From positions 56,194 through 120,193 of the IMG/VR virus record IMGVR_UViG_3300024999_000049: a stretch of DNA of 64,000 nucleotides. The stretch is one strand, 5' to 3'. Both the position numbers and the translations under genes were made by a program. The notes under the pieces are model-generated. The model did no database searches and had not been told where the DNA came from. It worked only from the letters and a program-made list of their open reading frames with translations. The stretch comes from a virus. Below are positions 44,331-54,214 of the stretch, piece after piece; position 1 is the first letter of the stretch, and the number at the start of each line of letters is the position of its first letter.

Positions 44331-45629
44331 ATGAATAAATATAAAACAGTAACAAGAGAAGAATTTGAAGAGAGATTGTATAATAAACATGAGAACAATA
44401 TTACATTAATTGGTGAATATATAAATATTTCTACTAAAGCCACTTTTAAATGTCGTGTTTGCAATCATGAATGGAATCCAATACCTTCTTCTTTAATCAA
44501 ACTAAAAATTGGATGTCCAAAATGTGCAGGTAAGATGAAACTTAATTATAATTATGTAAAAGAATATATTGAATCTTTTGGATATACATTAATATCTGAT
44601 GAATATATAAATGCAAAAACAAAATTAAAAATGATATGTGATAAAGGACATGATTGTGAAATTAGTTGGGATAGTTTTAAAAGTGGTTGTAGATGTAAAA
44701 TTTGTGCTAATAATCAACCTAAAACTTATGAAGAAGTTAAAAACTATATAGAGTCATTTGATGGTTATAAATTATTATCAAAAACATATAAAAAAGCTAC
44801 AGCCAAACTTTTAATAAGATGTCCATTGGGGCATAAATTTTCAATGAATTGGAATAGCTTTCAGCAAGGTCAAAGATGCTCTGAATGTGCTAATAATATA
44901 CCTAAAAATATAAATGAAATTAGAAAATATGTTGAAAGTTTTGATTTTAAATTACCAGAACAAGAATATATTAATGTTAAAAAGAAATTAAAAATGGTTT
45001 GTCCAGAAGGTCATAATGTTAATATAAATTTTGATAATTTTCAACAAGGAAATAGGTGTGCAATATGTTCTAAAAAAGCAAAGAAAACAATTCCCGAAAT
45101 TAAAGAATATATGTTTAAAGAATCTTATTTATTATTGAGTGAAGAATATATTTCTGCACACAAAAAACTTTTAATACAATGTCCTGAAGGTCATATTTTT
45201 TCTATGGCTTGGGCAGATTTTCAACAAGGTCAAAGATGCTCCGTATGTAATGAATCTAAAGGTGAGAAACAATTAGATATTATATTTTGTAAATATAATG
45301 TTCCACATGATAAACAATGTACTTTTGATGATTTAAGAGGAGTTGGTGGTGGACTATTAAGGTTTGATTCATCTGTATTTTGGAATGAAGAAAAAACAGA
45401 TTTAAGAATGTTGATTGAGTATGATGGAATTTTTCATTATGAAAAACAATATGATGATGATGGATTTGAGACATTGCAAATACACGATAATCTTAAAAAC
45501 GAATATTGTCAAAACAACAATATAAAACTATTAAGAATCCCTTATTGGGATTTTGACAATATTGAACAAATATTAAAAAACGAATTAAAACTACAAAAAC
45601 AAGAAACCCAACAGCAAACTGCTGTATAA
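44331..45629 (+). CDS. Free-standing endonuclease: five C..GH...CxxC Zn-ribbon repeats + DUF559/Vsr-like domain
   Basis: Repeats KL.I.CP.GH.F...F.QG.RC..C; SKGE, LRFD, IEYDG.FH, HD..KN.YC, LLRIPYW. Confidence 0.85.
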   Translation: MNKYKTVTREEFEERLYNKHENNITLIGEYINISTKATFKCRVCNHEWNPIPSSLIKLKIGCPKCAGKMKLNYNYVKEYIESFGYTLISDEYINAKTKLKMICDKGHDCEISWDSFKSGCRCKICANNQPKTYEEVKNYIESFDGYKLLSKTYKKATAKLLIRCPLGHKFSMNWNSFQQGQRCSECANNIPKNINEIRKYVESFDFKLPEQEYINVKKKLKMVCPEGHNVNINFDNFQQGNRCAICSKKAKKTIPEIKEYMFKESYLLLSEEYISAHKKLLIQCPEGHIFSMAWADFQQGQRCSVCNESKGEKQLDIIFCKYNVPHDKQCTFDDLRGVGGGLLRFDSSVFWNEEKTDLRMLIEYDGIFHYEKQYDDDGFETLQIHDNLKNEYCQNNNIKLLRIPYWDFDNIEQILKNELKLQKQETQQQTAV

Positions 45630-45696
45630 AATAAAAATAATAATCCCAAATATAAATTAGAACACAAATAATTAGATTAAAGGAGAGAAAATAAAA

Positions 45697-46494
45697 ATGG
45701 CAAGACCGACAAACGCATCAAAAGAGATAAAAGAGATAAAAGAGGTAGTAAGTAAAGAGGTAGAAACTAAGGAAACCAGTGAAATTAAAGTGGCAAACAC
45801 AATTAGCGAAGCAAACGCAATAGACTTTTCAAAAGAACTTGAACAAGCGAATGAAAAAAACAAACAATTAGAATCAAAAGTAGACAATCTTACAGCAATG
45901 TTGGAAAAACTATTGACATCTCAGGCACAAACGCAAACTAAAACTGAATCTAACTCTGAAAAAACAATTGACAATGAGGTAAAAACTAAAGGTTCAACTA
46001 AAAAATCAGGCTTTCAAGCATATGCCGAGATTGAGCCAGCGCGAAGAATATTGATCGTAAACATGATGAATGCTGGTGGAACATTTACTACATATAGTGG
46101 TAAGCCTATTAGGTTTGATAATTTTGGTCACATACAACCTGTAAGATTTGAAGAATTAGAGAGTTTAGCATCAAAGTACAGAAATTACTTTGAAAATCTC
46201 GAATTAAGGATATTAGACGAAGATGTTGTAGACGCTTTATATTTAAGGCAATTTTACAACAAATACGATATTTCTGTAGAGGAGATGGAAAAAATCATAG
46301 AACTAAATCCACAGGCTTTAGTAGAAAAGATTAAGACTTTAAGCACTCCATTACAGGAATCTGTATTATGTTTAATTATTTCCAAGGTTGCGGAGAACGA
46401 CTACAAATATATGGACAAGAACAAATGGGATGTATTAAATAACGCATTCAATATAAACATTCAAGAGTTTGCGAACAAATATGTCGTTAGGTAA
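45697..46494 (+). CDS. Head-module protein (YonA-like)
   Basis: Position after MCP; N-terminal coiled coil. Confidence 0.55.
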   Translation: MARPTNASKEIKEIKEVVSKEVETKETSEIKVANTISEANAIDFSKELEQANEKNKQLESKVDNLTAMLEKLLTSQAQTQTKTESNSEKTIDNEVKTKGSTKKSGFQAYAEIEPARRILIVNMMNAGGTFTTYSGKPIRFDNFGHIQPVRFEELESLASKYRNYFENLELRILDEDVVDALYLRQFYNKYDISVEEMEKIIELNPQALVEKIKTLSTPLQESVLCLIISKVAENDYKYMDKNKWDVLNNAFNINIQEFANKYVVR

Positions 46495-46558
46495 TTTATC
46501 TAAAGTAAATAAATATAATAAAGCAAATAAATAAAATACAGAAAGGTTGTGGGTATGA

Positions 46559-47032
46559 TTGGCTACATCTTTTGAGTTACCATTTGAACAATTTTTACTA
46601 ATTATAGATGATCCTAGATTCATTAATAATTACACAGAAGATAATTTAGCATTAGAATTATCGAAATACATATACAGGTCAATTGGGATATGCAGAGATT
46701 ATCTTTACAAAGATATAAATAATTATACTCCAACGAGTTCTGACGGTATAACTATAGGTAGTTTCAATGATGATTTAAATTACCAAGAGATATCTTTTAT
46801 AGCTAGGGGAATGACCATCCCCTATCTTGAATTCCAATTACAGAAGCAGAAGCATTTAAATCAGATAGTATATGGTAAGGATTACAGTGTACATAGTCAA
46901 GCACAGCATATAAAGGAAGTCAGAGAGACTGTAAAGGATACTGAGAGCAGGTTAAAACAGGATATGATAATGTACTCATATCATCAAGATGCTGATAAAT
47001 TAAAGGGTTCTAGCGGGGCTAGTTCACTGTGA
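46559..47032 (+). CDS. Putative head-tail adaptor
   Basis: ATSF...FL..IDD...FNDDL..QEI...A..M...KDY..HSQA; position. Confidence 0.6.
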   Translation: MATSFELPFEQFLLIIDDPRFINNYTEDNLALELSKYIYRSIGICRDYLYKDINNYTPTSSDGITIGSFNDDLNYQEISFIARGMTIPYLEFQLQKQKHLNQIVYGKDYSVHSQAQHIKEVRETVKDTESRLKQDMIMYSYHQDADKLKGSSGASSL

Positions 47033-47067
47033 TAATTATAATTAAGAGTTAACGGAGGTGGATAGTT

Positions 47068-48282
47068 TTGAGTTTTTCTGACATAGTGAATAGTTATAAG
47101 ACCAGATTATCCATTGATGGATTAACTATTCGGGATGAATACATAAATTCACTTACAGACAGTTTTACAGATAGTTTTGATAACAATGTGAGCTACAAAG
47201 AAGTTTCTTACAAGAAGAGGAATGAGCTAAATTATACTACTGGAATTAAGGTACATGTAGTCCAAATTAAAAAAGATACAGAAAAAGTAGCCCTTGATGA
47301 TTTTAAGCGAATTGTATTTAAGGATTTAGATTTTGTATGTGAATCTGGTGATTTATTGCAGTTTTCAGGATATGAATGGTTGGTTGTAACGACAAATAAC
47401 ATTGATCATATAAAGAGTTGTATCGTAATGCAATGTAGTGGAAGTTTTATATTTACTAAAAATCATGTGAGTTATACAGTACCTTACGTATTATCGACCA
47501 GTGGGCAAGGAATGGGTTTGGATTCTGACACAATGAAATATGTTTCAGAAATATCCAACTTTATATTTATGCATATCACTGATAATTCTATTAATAGACT
47601 GATTGAAATTAGCGAAGTGATACAAATAGGGAGACGTTCTTATCGTGTAACAACGGATTCAGATATAATTACAAATGGAATATTAATCTTTAAATTAGAG
47701 GTTGTTTTAGAAGATGCAGAAACGCATGTATACACAGTGGATATATTGAATGGTGATGTAAGTATTCAGAATGGTAGTACTCTTCAAATTTTAACTGAAG
47801 TGAAAGACAACGATGATGTCATTAGTAATCCTACTTTGACTTATAGTTCAAGTAATACGGCTATAGCAAGTGTGTCAAATTCAGGTTTGGTAACGTCTGT
47901 TGCCGTTGGAAATTGTGTAATAACTGTTTCTGGATATGGTGTGTCAGATACCATGAATTTAACTATCACTTCTATTGTACAGAATAATATAACTTATACC
48001 TTAACATCTATAAGTCAACCAGATTACGAAATAAAAACAGGAATAACGAAAACTTATATTGCTAAGAAATTTAACAATGGAATAGAAGTTATAGGAATAC
48101 AATTTAATTTTGAAGTTATTGCTACTAGTGTACCAAGTTCAGCTTATACATTAAACGTTATTGATACAAATAGTTGTTCAATCAAATGCAACTCTTTCGT
48201 ACACAACATTGTACTTCGTGCTACTGAAAATGCAACAAGTAATTTTGTTGAAAAGAGCGTTAAATTGAGAAGTCCGTTGTAA
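47068..48282 (+). CDS. Head-closure/neck protein with Ig-like (Big_2) domain
   Basis: TYSSSNTAIASVSNSGLVTSVAVGNCVITVS. Confidence 0.7.
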   Translation: MSFSDIVNSYKTRLSIDGLTIRDEYINSLTDSFTDSFDNNVSYKEVSYKKRNELNYTTGIKVHVVQIKKDTEKVALDDFKRIVFKDLDFVCESGDLLQFSGYEWLVVTTNNIDHIKSCIVMQCSGSFIFTKNHVSYTVPYVLSTSGQGMGLDSDTMKYVSEISNFIFMHITDNSINRLIEISEVIQIGRRSYRVTTDSDIITNGILIFKLEVVLEDAETHVYTVDILNGDVSIQNGSTLQILTEVKDNDDVISNPTLTYSSSNTAIASVSNSGLVTSVAVGNCVITVSGYGVSDTMNLTITSIVQNNITYTLTSISQPDYEIKTGITKTYIAKKFNNGIEVIGIQFNFEVIATSVPSSAYTLNVIDTNSCSIKCNSFVHNIVLRATENATSNFVEKSVKLRSPL

Positions 48283-48354
48283 GAATATAATTTTATTATA
48301 GAAGGATTTGGAGGATAACCACCTCCCACCTTCTTATTTTATGTTTAAAAGAAG

Positions 48355-48852
48355 GTGATTAATATAGCCAATAATTTTGAGGATTTAAGTCTTAATAAAA
48401 TAAAACTTATGGAAGCGATTTACAACAATGATAATATTACTAAAGCATTATTATATCGAAAGCAAACCCCTAGTTTTCTTGATGAAACAATAGACCCAAG
48501 TTTTGATCGTACATCACTCCTATATTCTCAGATATGGCCTTGGAAGTACATTCCGCAGATAACTGATGAAGCAAATATACATATCACTAGTAATTTTATT
48601 TTCAAACCTCATGATAATATGTATAAGGTTTCAAACTTTTATTTGTATGTTATTTCTCACAAATCTCTTATGAGTTGTGACAGTGGACTTGTAAATGACT
48701 TCATCATATCAGAATTGGATAAAATTTTTAACCAGACACGTTTGGTTGGTATAGGACGCGTTCAATTTTCGGGCATGTATGAATTTGCTACAGACAATTC
48801 ATCAACTTTTTTGGGTTCCTGCATCGAATATAAAACTTATGAGTTCAACTAG
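48355..48852 (+). CDS. Putative tail terminator/neck protein
   Basis: Position, size. Confidence 0.5.
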   Translation: MINIANNFEDLSLNKIKLMEAIYNNDNITKALLYRKQTPSFLDETIDPSFDRTSLLYSQIWPWKYIPQITDEANIHITSNFIFKPHDNMYKVSNFYLYVISHKSLMSCDSGLVNDFIISELDKIFNQTRLVGIGRVQFSGMYEFATDNSSTFLGSCIEYKTYEFN

Positions 48853-48863
48853 GAAGTGATAAT

Positions 48864-49682
48864 ATGGACAAAGAATGTTTAGAATTAATGTCTCTTGCAG
48901 GACTTCCTATTGAAATTAATAATTTGGGTAAAGTTTATCCAGTAAAATTATTAGATATTGCAGAAGTAACAGAGTATAAATATAATCAATATATAAATAT
49001 TTTATGTATTGATGTTGATAATCTTAATCTTGATAAAGAAAACAAAGATGAATTAAAAAAAAATAATGTTGATTCTTTCTCATTGATTTTACAATTATGT
49101 AAGCAGGATGAACAATATTTAGAGATAATTAAAGATGCTTTTGAGTTTTTTTTAAAACAAGAAGTTATATTTGCGCCAAATTTAGGTGCTTTTTTTATTG
49201 GTACAATTGAAAGTTTAGAAATTATTTTTAAAAATATAAAAAATGAAAAAGATTTAAAAAAAATAGAAAATATTTTATATGAAAATAGTTTCATAACAGA
49301 AAAGAAATATAAAGATTTCAAAGAAGTTTTATTATTACAAAACTGCATTGAGAATAAAAATTCAGATGATGAAAAATATGTTAATGAAAAAGCAAGAGAA
49401 ATAGCCGAAAAAATAAAAGCAGCCAAAGAAAAAATTAATAAAATTAAATCAAAGCAAGGAGATATATTATCTTTATTTGATTTAATCTCTGCTTTTGCTG
49501 GTAATTCAAAATCCACAAACATTATTAATGTATGGGATATGACAATTTTTCAATTTAACAATCAATTTAAAAGAATGCAAATGATTGAAGACTACGATAT
49601 AAATATTCGTCAATTATTGGCTGGAGCGGATTCAAAAAAGATTAATTTAGAACATTGGATTCGCAAAATAAAACAAAAATAA
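48864..49682 (+). CDS. Putative tail assembly chaperone-like protein
   Basis: VWDMTIFQF..QF.R...LAGAD...HW motif; position. Confidence 0.55.
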   Translation: MDKECLELMSLAGLPIEINNLGKVYPVKLLDIAEVTEYKYNQYINILCIDVDNLNLDKENKDELKKNNVDSFSLILQLCKQDEQYLEIIKDAFEFFLKQEVIFAPNLGAFFIGTIESLEIIFKNIKNEKDLKKIENILYENSFITEKKYKDFKEVLLLQNCIENKNSDDEKYVNEKAREIAEKIKAAKEKINKIKSKQGDILSLFDLISAFAGNSKSTNIINVWDMTIFQFNNQFKRMQMIEDYDINIRQLLAGADSKKINLEHWIRKIKQK

Positions 49683-49697
49683 TAAGGAGGAAATAAA

Positions 49698-50474
49698 ATG
49701 GGAGTAAGATATGGCGTACGTGAGATAGCGAATGTTGTTTTTAAAGACATTGCTACAGGAAAACCAGCTTTATATTTGGAATCACTTAAGACCAGTTCGA
49801 CCGAGGTATCGGCTGATGCAAATTATGCGAGAGGTGGACGTGGAAACCCTAAACGCTTGATGTGGGAATCAAATAAAGAAGTAATGTATAACATGGAAGA
49901 TGCACTCATCAGTGCGGAAGCATTGGCAATTCTTGCAGGTACTACTATTACTACAAAAATTAAACAGGTACAATATAAAGAGGTGTTAACACTTAGTTCA
50001 AGTAAAACAGTAACACTTACTAAGACACCTACTGCACAATCTGGTTTTCCTATGTTTATATTTTTAACACAAGAGGGTTATGATATTGGAATTACTATTC
50101 CAGTAAATGCAACTAATGGATATCAAATAGCTGGTACCACTATTACTTTTGCTGGTACAGTAGATAGTCATTTATTTGTAGAAGGTGACAAAGTAATTAT
50201 TGATTACTATTATGATTCAGCAGCTACAGCGAAAGAAATTATAATTGAATCTGGAAAATTTGCTGGATATTATAAAGTTGAGGCAGATACAATATGGACA
50301 AGAGAAACTGACGGTGCTTTACTTCCTGCTAAGTTTACTATGCCTAGGTGTAAGATTGCTAGTGGCTTTACTATTTCTAATGCAGCGGAGGGAGACCCTA
50401 GTGTATTCAGCTTCGTTGCTGAAGTTTTTCCTAATAGTGATGATCAAATGGTAATCATTGACATTATCGAATAA
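49698..50474 (+). CDS. Major tail tube protein
   Basis: YGVREIANV.F, ARGGRGNP, AEGDPSVFSF; strong AAGGAGG RBS. Confidence 0.7.
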   Translation: MGVRYGVREIANVVFKDIATGKPALYLESLKTSSTEVSADANYARGGRGNPKRLMWESNKEVMYNMEDALISAEALAILAGTTITTKIKQVQYKEVLTLSSSKTVTLTKTPTAQSGFPMFIFLTQEGYDIGITIPVNATNGYQIAGTTITFAGTVDSHLFVEGDKVIIDYYYDSAATAKEIIIESGKFAGYYKVEADTIWTRETDGALLPAKFTMPRCKIASGFTISNAAEGDPSVFSFVAEVFPNSDDQMVIIDIIE

Positions 50475-50479
50475 TTTAA

Positions 50480-50704
50480 TTGGAGGTAAATTCTATGAAA
50501 GAATCTTCAATAAAGGAGAGTACAAAGAATAAAATTTTAACGATCAAAGTAAAATGTCCTATTGTAGAATGGCTTGAGAATGATACATATATATTATTAA
50601 ATAATATGGTATATAGTATTGAAAATTCAAAAATCAAAGAAAACAATGGAGCATTTGTTGTAGTTGAATATGTAATTAACGATGGGAATATAGAATTTAT
50701 TTAA
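50480..50704 (+). CDS. Small hypothetical protein
   Basis: GGAGG RBS before ATG about 50495. Confidence 0.55.
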   Translation: MEVNSMKESSIKESTKNKILTIKVKCPIVEWLENDTYILLNNMVYSIENSKIKENNGAFVVVEYVINDGNIEFI

Positions 50705-50846
50705 TTTTATATTTCAAAAACAACAGAGTAAATATAATAATGGTTCTTATGTAGAGTTGCAAATTTACATAGGGTAATAAAGAGATTGCATTCCTAATGT
50801 GTAGTCTCTTTCCCATTTATTCTCTATATTAGGAAGGAGAAGAAAT

Positions 50847-52007
50847 ATGTTAATAACTAAAGAAGTAGAAGTAAAAATTAGTGGGAAAAATATAAAACAT
50901 TTTAAGAATTTAGGTTATGATTGTAAACTTACTGATAAATTTATAATACCGATAGAACATTTAACTAAAGGTAGTCATATATATGTTGATGTAAAATGTG
51001 ATTATTGTAATATTAATATAGTATCTAAAAAATATGATGATTATATAAAACAGAATCAAAAATCATTAGTACATAAAGATTGTTGTAAAGATTGTCAGCC
51101 TTTAAAAAATATAGAAACTTGTTTGATAAAATATGGGGTAAAAAATCCAAGTCAAGTAGATAGTATAAAAGAAAAACGATTGCAGACATTTGTAGACAAC
51201 TTTGGTGTTGATAATCCAATGAAAAATACGCAAATTCAAAATAAAACTAAACAAACTAATTTTACTAAATATGGATTTGAAAATGCTTTTCAAAATAAAG
51301 AAATTCAAAATAAAAGTAAACAAACTTGTTTAAGTATGTATGGAGTTGAATATTCTCTTTCTTCTGATATAGTTAGAGATAAAATAAAAAATACAATATT
51401 AGAAAAATATGGAGTAAATAATATATCACAAAATGAAGAAATTCAAGAAAAAATCAAACAAACAAATTTAAAAAAATATGGATATATCACTCCATCTAAA
51501 AATGAAAAAGTAAAAGAAAAATCATTAAATAATTTAATACAATCAAAATATAGAAATGGAACTGCTCCATATAGTAAACAACAACAATATTTAAGTAAAT
51601 TATTAAAATGGGAAATGAATTATCCTATAAATAAAGGATGGTTAGATTTAGCATTCATTGATGAGTATATTTATTTAGAATATGATGGTTCTGGACATAA
51701 TCTTAATGTTCAAATGGGCAAAATGTTACAAAATCAATTTGATAAAAACGAGAAAAGAAGATATTATGATTTATATAATAATGGTTGGAAAATGATTAGA
51801 ATAATATCTTTAAAAGATTATTTACCTTATGATGAAATCATACTTCAAATTATCAAAGAAGCAAAAGAATTTTTAAATACAGGACATTCGTGGATAAAAT
51901 ATGATATTGATAATTCACAAGTTATTACATCACAATATATAAAGAATTATAATTTTGGCAATCTTAGAAAAATAACAGAAAAAGACATAGAATCTTTTGT
52001 ATCATAA
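50847..52007 (+). CDS. Free-standing endonuclease with KYGV.N repeats + DUF559-like domain
   Basis: Five T.L.KYGV.N-type repeats; SKQQ, LEYDGSGH, GWKMIRI. Confidence 0.8.
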   Translation: MLITKEVEVKISGKNIKHFKNLGYDCKLTDKFIIPIEHLTKGSHIYVDVKCDYCNINIVSKKYDDYIKQNQKSLVHKDCCKDCQPLKNIETCLIKYGVKNPSQVDSIKEKRLQTFVDNFGVDNPMKNTQIQNKTKQTNFTKYGFENAFQNKEIQNKSKQTCLSMYGVEYSLSSDIVRDKIKNTILEKYGVNNISQNEEIQEKIKQTNLKKYGYITPSKNEKVKEKSLNNLIQSKYRNGTAPYSKQQQYLSKLLKWEMNYPINKGWLDLAFIDEYIYLEYDGSGHNLNVQMGKMLQNQFDKNEKRRYYDLYNNGWKMIRIISLKDYLPYDEIILQIIKEAKEFLNTGHSWIKYDIDNSQVITSQYIKNYNFGNLRKITEKDIESFVS

Positions 52008-52293
52008 CAAACATAGTCAACAATCGGGTAGTCTAAGAGAATTAACAACCTCTCCCCTACCCTACTTATTTACTATACAAAAACAAAAACAAGAGTTAAA
52101 AACGAACAATAGGAGAAAACGGTTAAAAACAGCTAAGTAAGAAGGCTTGTTAGATAGCCTTTTTCTCCTATTTTTTTTACGATTTTACAAACAGTGATAA
52201 GACAATAAAAGTATTGTTTTATTTGGAGTTAAAAATTGAATTAAATAAAAATTAAAAAACAAAAAACTCAAAAATGAAAGGAATGATTATAAA

Positions 52294-52743
52294 ATGGCAC
52301 ATTTAAATTTACACAAAGCTAGTGACGATTCAATAATTTCAACGGCTGGAACTCTCACCAATGCGGTAGAGTTTACTCTTAGGGCAGACCTATCTGAGAC
52401 AGGAGAAATTAGACTTTATGCAATGACAGATTTTGGATATGAGACAACGAGTACGGTGATATCATTTGTAGACAGTGAATTTAGAAAAGACCCAGGTGAA
52501 GCAATAAGAGCGAAAGAAGGCGGGGATGGGGTTGCAACACTTACAAGTTGGTGTTTAGCACCAGATGTAGCAGGAAGTCCAGGAACGTACAATGCTTATG
52601 GTGCTTCTCTTTCGATTGGCACAGTCGGAAATTCGGCTGGTAAGATTTACTTCCACGCTAAAGCCAAGGCTGAGACCAGTGAAGAGGCAATTCAAGACTG
52701 CTCAGTTGCAATCAAAGCTGAAGGTATAGAAAGAGCTACTTAA
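52294..52743 (+). CDS. Virion/tail accessory protein (domain A paralog family)
   Basis: WCLAPD.AGSPG...GASL...YFHAKAKA...E...D shared with 58123, 59247, 60053. Confidence 0.6.
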   Translation: MAHLNLHKASDDSIISTAGTLTNAVEFTLRADLSETGEIRLYAMTDFGYETTSTVISFVDSEFRKDPGEAIRAKEGGDGVATLTSWCLAPDVAGSPGTYNAYGASLSIGTVGNSAGKIYFHAKAKAETSEEAIQDCSVAIKAEGIERAT

Positions 52744-52771
52744 TCCTAGCTTAGAAAGGTAGGTAGTTCAA

Positions 52772-54190
52772 ATGGCTAATTATTACGTTAGTAACCAAAG
52801 AGGTTCAGATTCTAATGATGGTCTTTCTCAGGAATTTCCTTTTCTCACAATTTCAAAAGCTATCACGATGGTTACAGCAGGGTCATATGTGTATATAGGA
52901 AGTGGGACATATCGCGAAAAAGTAACACTTCAAACATCAGGAAGTGTATTTTCTAAAATTTATTGGATTGTAGATCAAGAATCTAAATATCTAACAGATG
53001 ACAAACCTGGAATTGTAAGAATAACAGGTTGCGATATAAATGAGCAACCAACAAGCGGTATTGTTTGGAACTTTAATAGTAAAGGATATAATTTTATTCT
53101 TTCTTGGAAAAATTATGGTGAATTTTATATAGATGGTTCTAGTGATAATTATGCTATTTATATGAATTCAACCTCAACAATGAAACTGTTTGGTGCTGTG
53201 GTTACTAGTTATAACGGTATTTATAGTGGTACGTGCGAAAACTGTATTACTATGGTTGCAAATGAAGGATTTACTTCTAGTAATAGATATGATTGTATAG
53301 CTATTGGTGGAAACGTGGGATTTAATTATGGATTTAATATGAATGGCATTGCATTAGGATGTGTTTCAGGGTTTACAGGTAGTACAAGAAGTGATGTAAA
53401 TTGTACGGCTATAGGTTGTACAAATGGATTTTATACTAATAATGCGGTATCTACTAGCACAAATTGTTTAGCTTTAAATAGTCAATATGGATTTAATATG
53501 AGTGGTTTATCAACACTTAATTACTGCCGTTCAGTAAGTTGTATAAATGGATTTTATGGGACATCTACAACAGATGTTTTAAACACTTCTACTTGTAGTG
53601 CAGTTTATTGTGGAAACAAACAACGCACTATATTTACTGAACCAATAACTTATTATGAAACAGTTGAAGTTTCAAATGCAAACCATTATTCTTATTATCC
53701 CGTAGATTTAATCAAAGCACTTATGCCAATAATGGAATTTAACTATACTGGTGGGAGTAATCTTGGTGTTGGATACAGTTTTTATGATATTATGGGTCAT
53801 GGAAGAGCATTGATGGACGGATTATGTCATTATGGAGCACATGAATTTTCAAGAGTAGGAATTGATTTTGTAAATTATCATACATATACTCCTTCAATAA
53901 AGATTGAGCGAGCAGGACAACAGAAATTTACATTTTTTGCTACAGGTGGAGAAGCCTTTAAAAAAAGTGTATGGGTAAAATGGTCTAATGTAGCAGTAGG
54001 TAGTGAACCTCAAATATTATTTCGTGGAAAGTACATGACAACAACGATAATTACAGCCACTGGAGATGGTAGTACTTGGCTATATTTATCTGCTGAAATT
54101 ACTCCAACAAGAGATACGGAAGTTGAAATGTATTTATATGCTAAATATAGTGGGGCAAGTGCGGTGGTGTATTTTTCTGATATTAATTAA
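52772..54190 (+). CDS. Parallel beta-helix (pectate-lyase-like, DUF1565 N-terminus) protein, possible tailspike
   Basis: YYVS...GSDSNDG...PF.TISKA...GSGTYRE; Cys/Gly/Asn-rich NC.A.G..GF repeats. Confidence 0.7.
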   Translation: MANYYVSNQRGSDSNDGLSQEFPFLTISKAITMVTAGSYVYIGSGTYREKVTLQTSGSVFSKIYWIVDQESKYLTDDKPGIVRITGCDINEQPTSGIVWNFNSKGYNFILSWKNYGEFYIDGSSDNYAIYMNSTSTMKLFGAVVTSYNGIYSGTCENCITMVANEGFTSSNRYDCIAIGGNVGFNYGFNMNGIALGCVSGFTGSTRSDVNCTAIGCTNGFYTNNAVSTSTNCLALNSQYGFNMSGLSTLNYCRSVSCINGFYGTSTTDVLNTSTCSAVYCGNKQRTIFTEPITYYETVEVSNANHYSYYPVDLIKALMPIMEFNYTGGSNLGVGYSFYDIMGHGRALMDGLCHYGAHEFSRVGIDFVNYHTYTPSIKIERAGQQKFTFFATGGEAFKKSVWVKWSNVAVGSEPQILFRGKYMTTTIITATGDGSTWLYLSAEITPTRDTEVEMYLYAKYSGASAVVYFSDIN

Positions 54191-54214
54191 AATAAAGTTA
54201 GGTGGTGGCAGACT

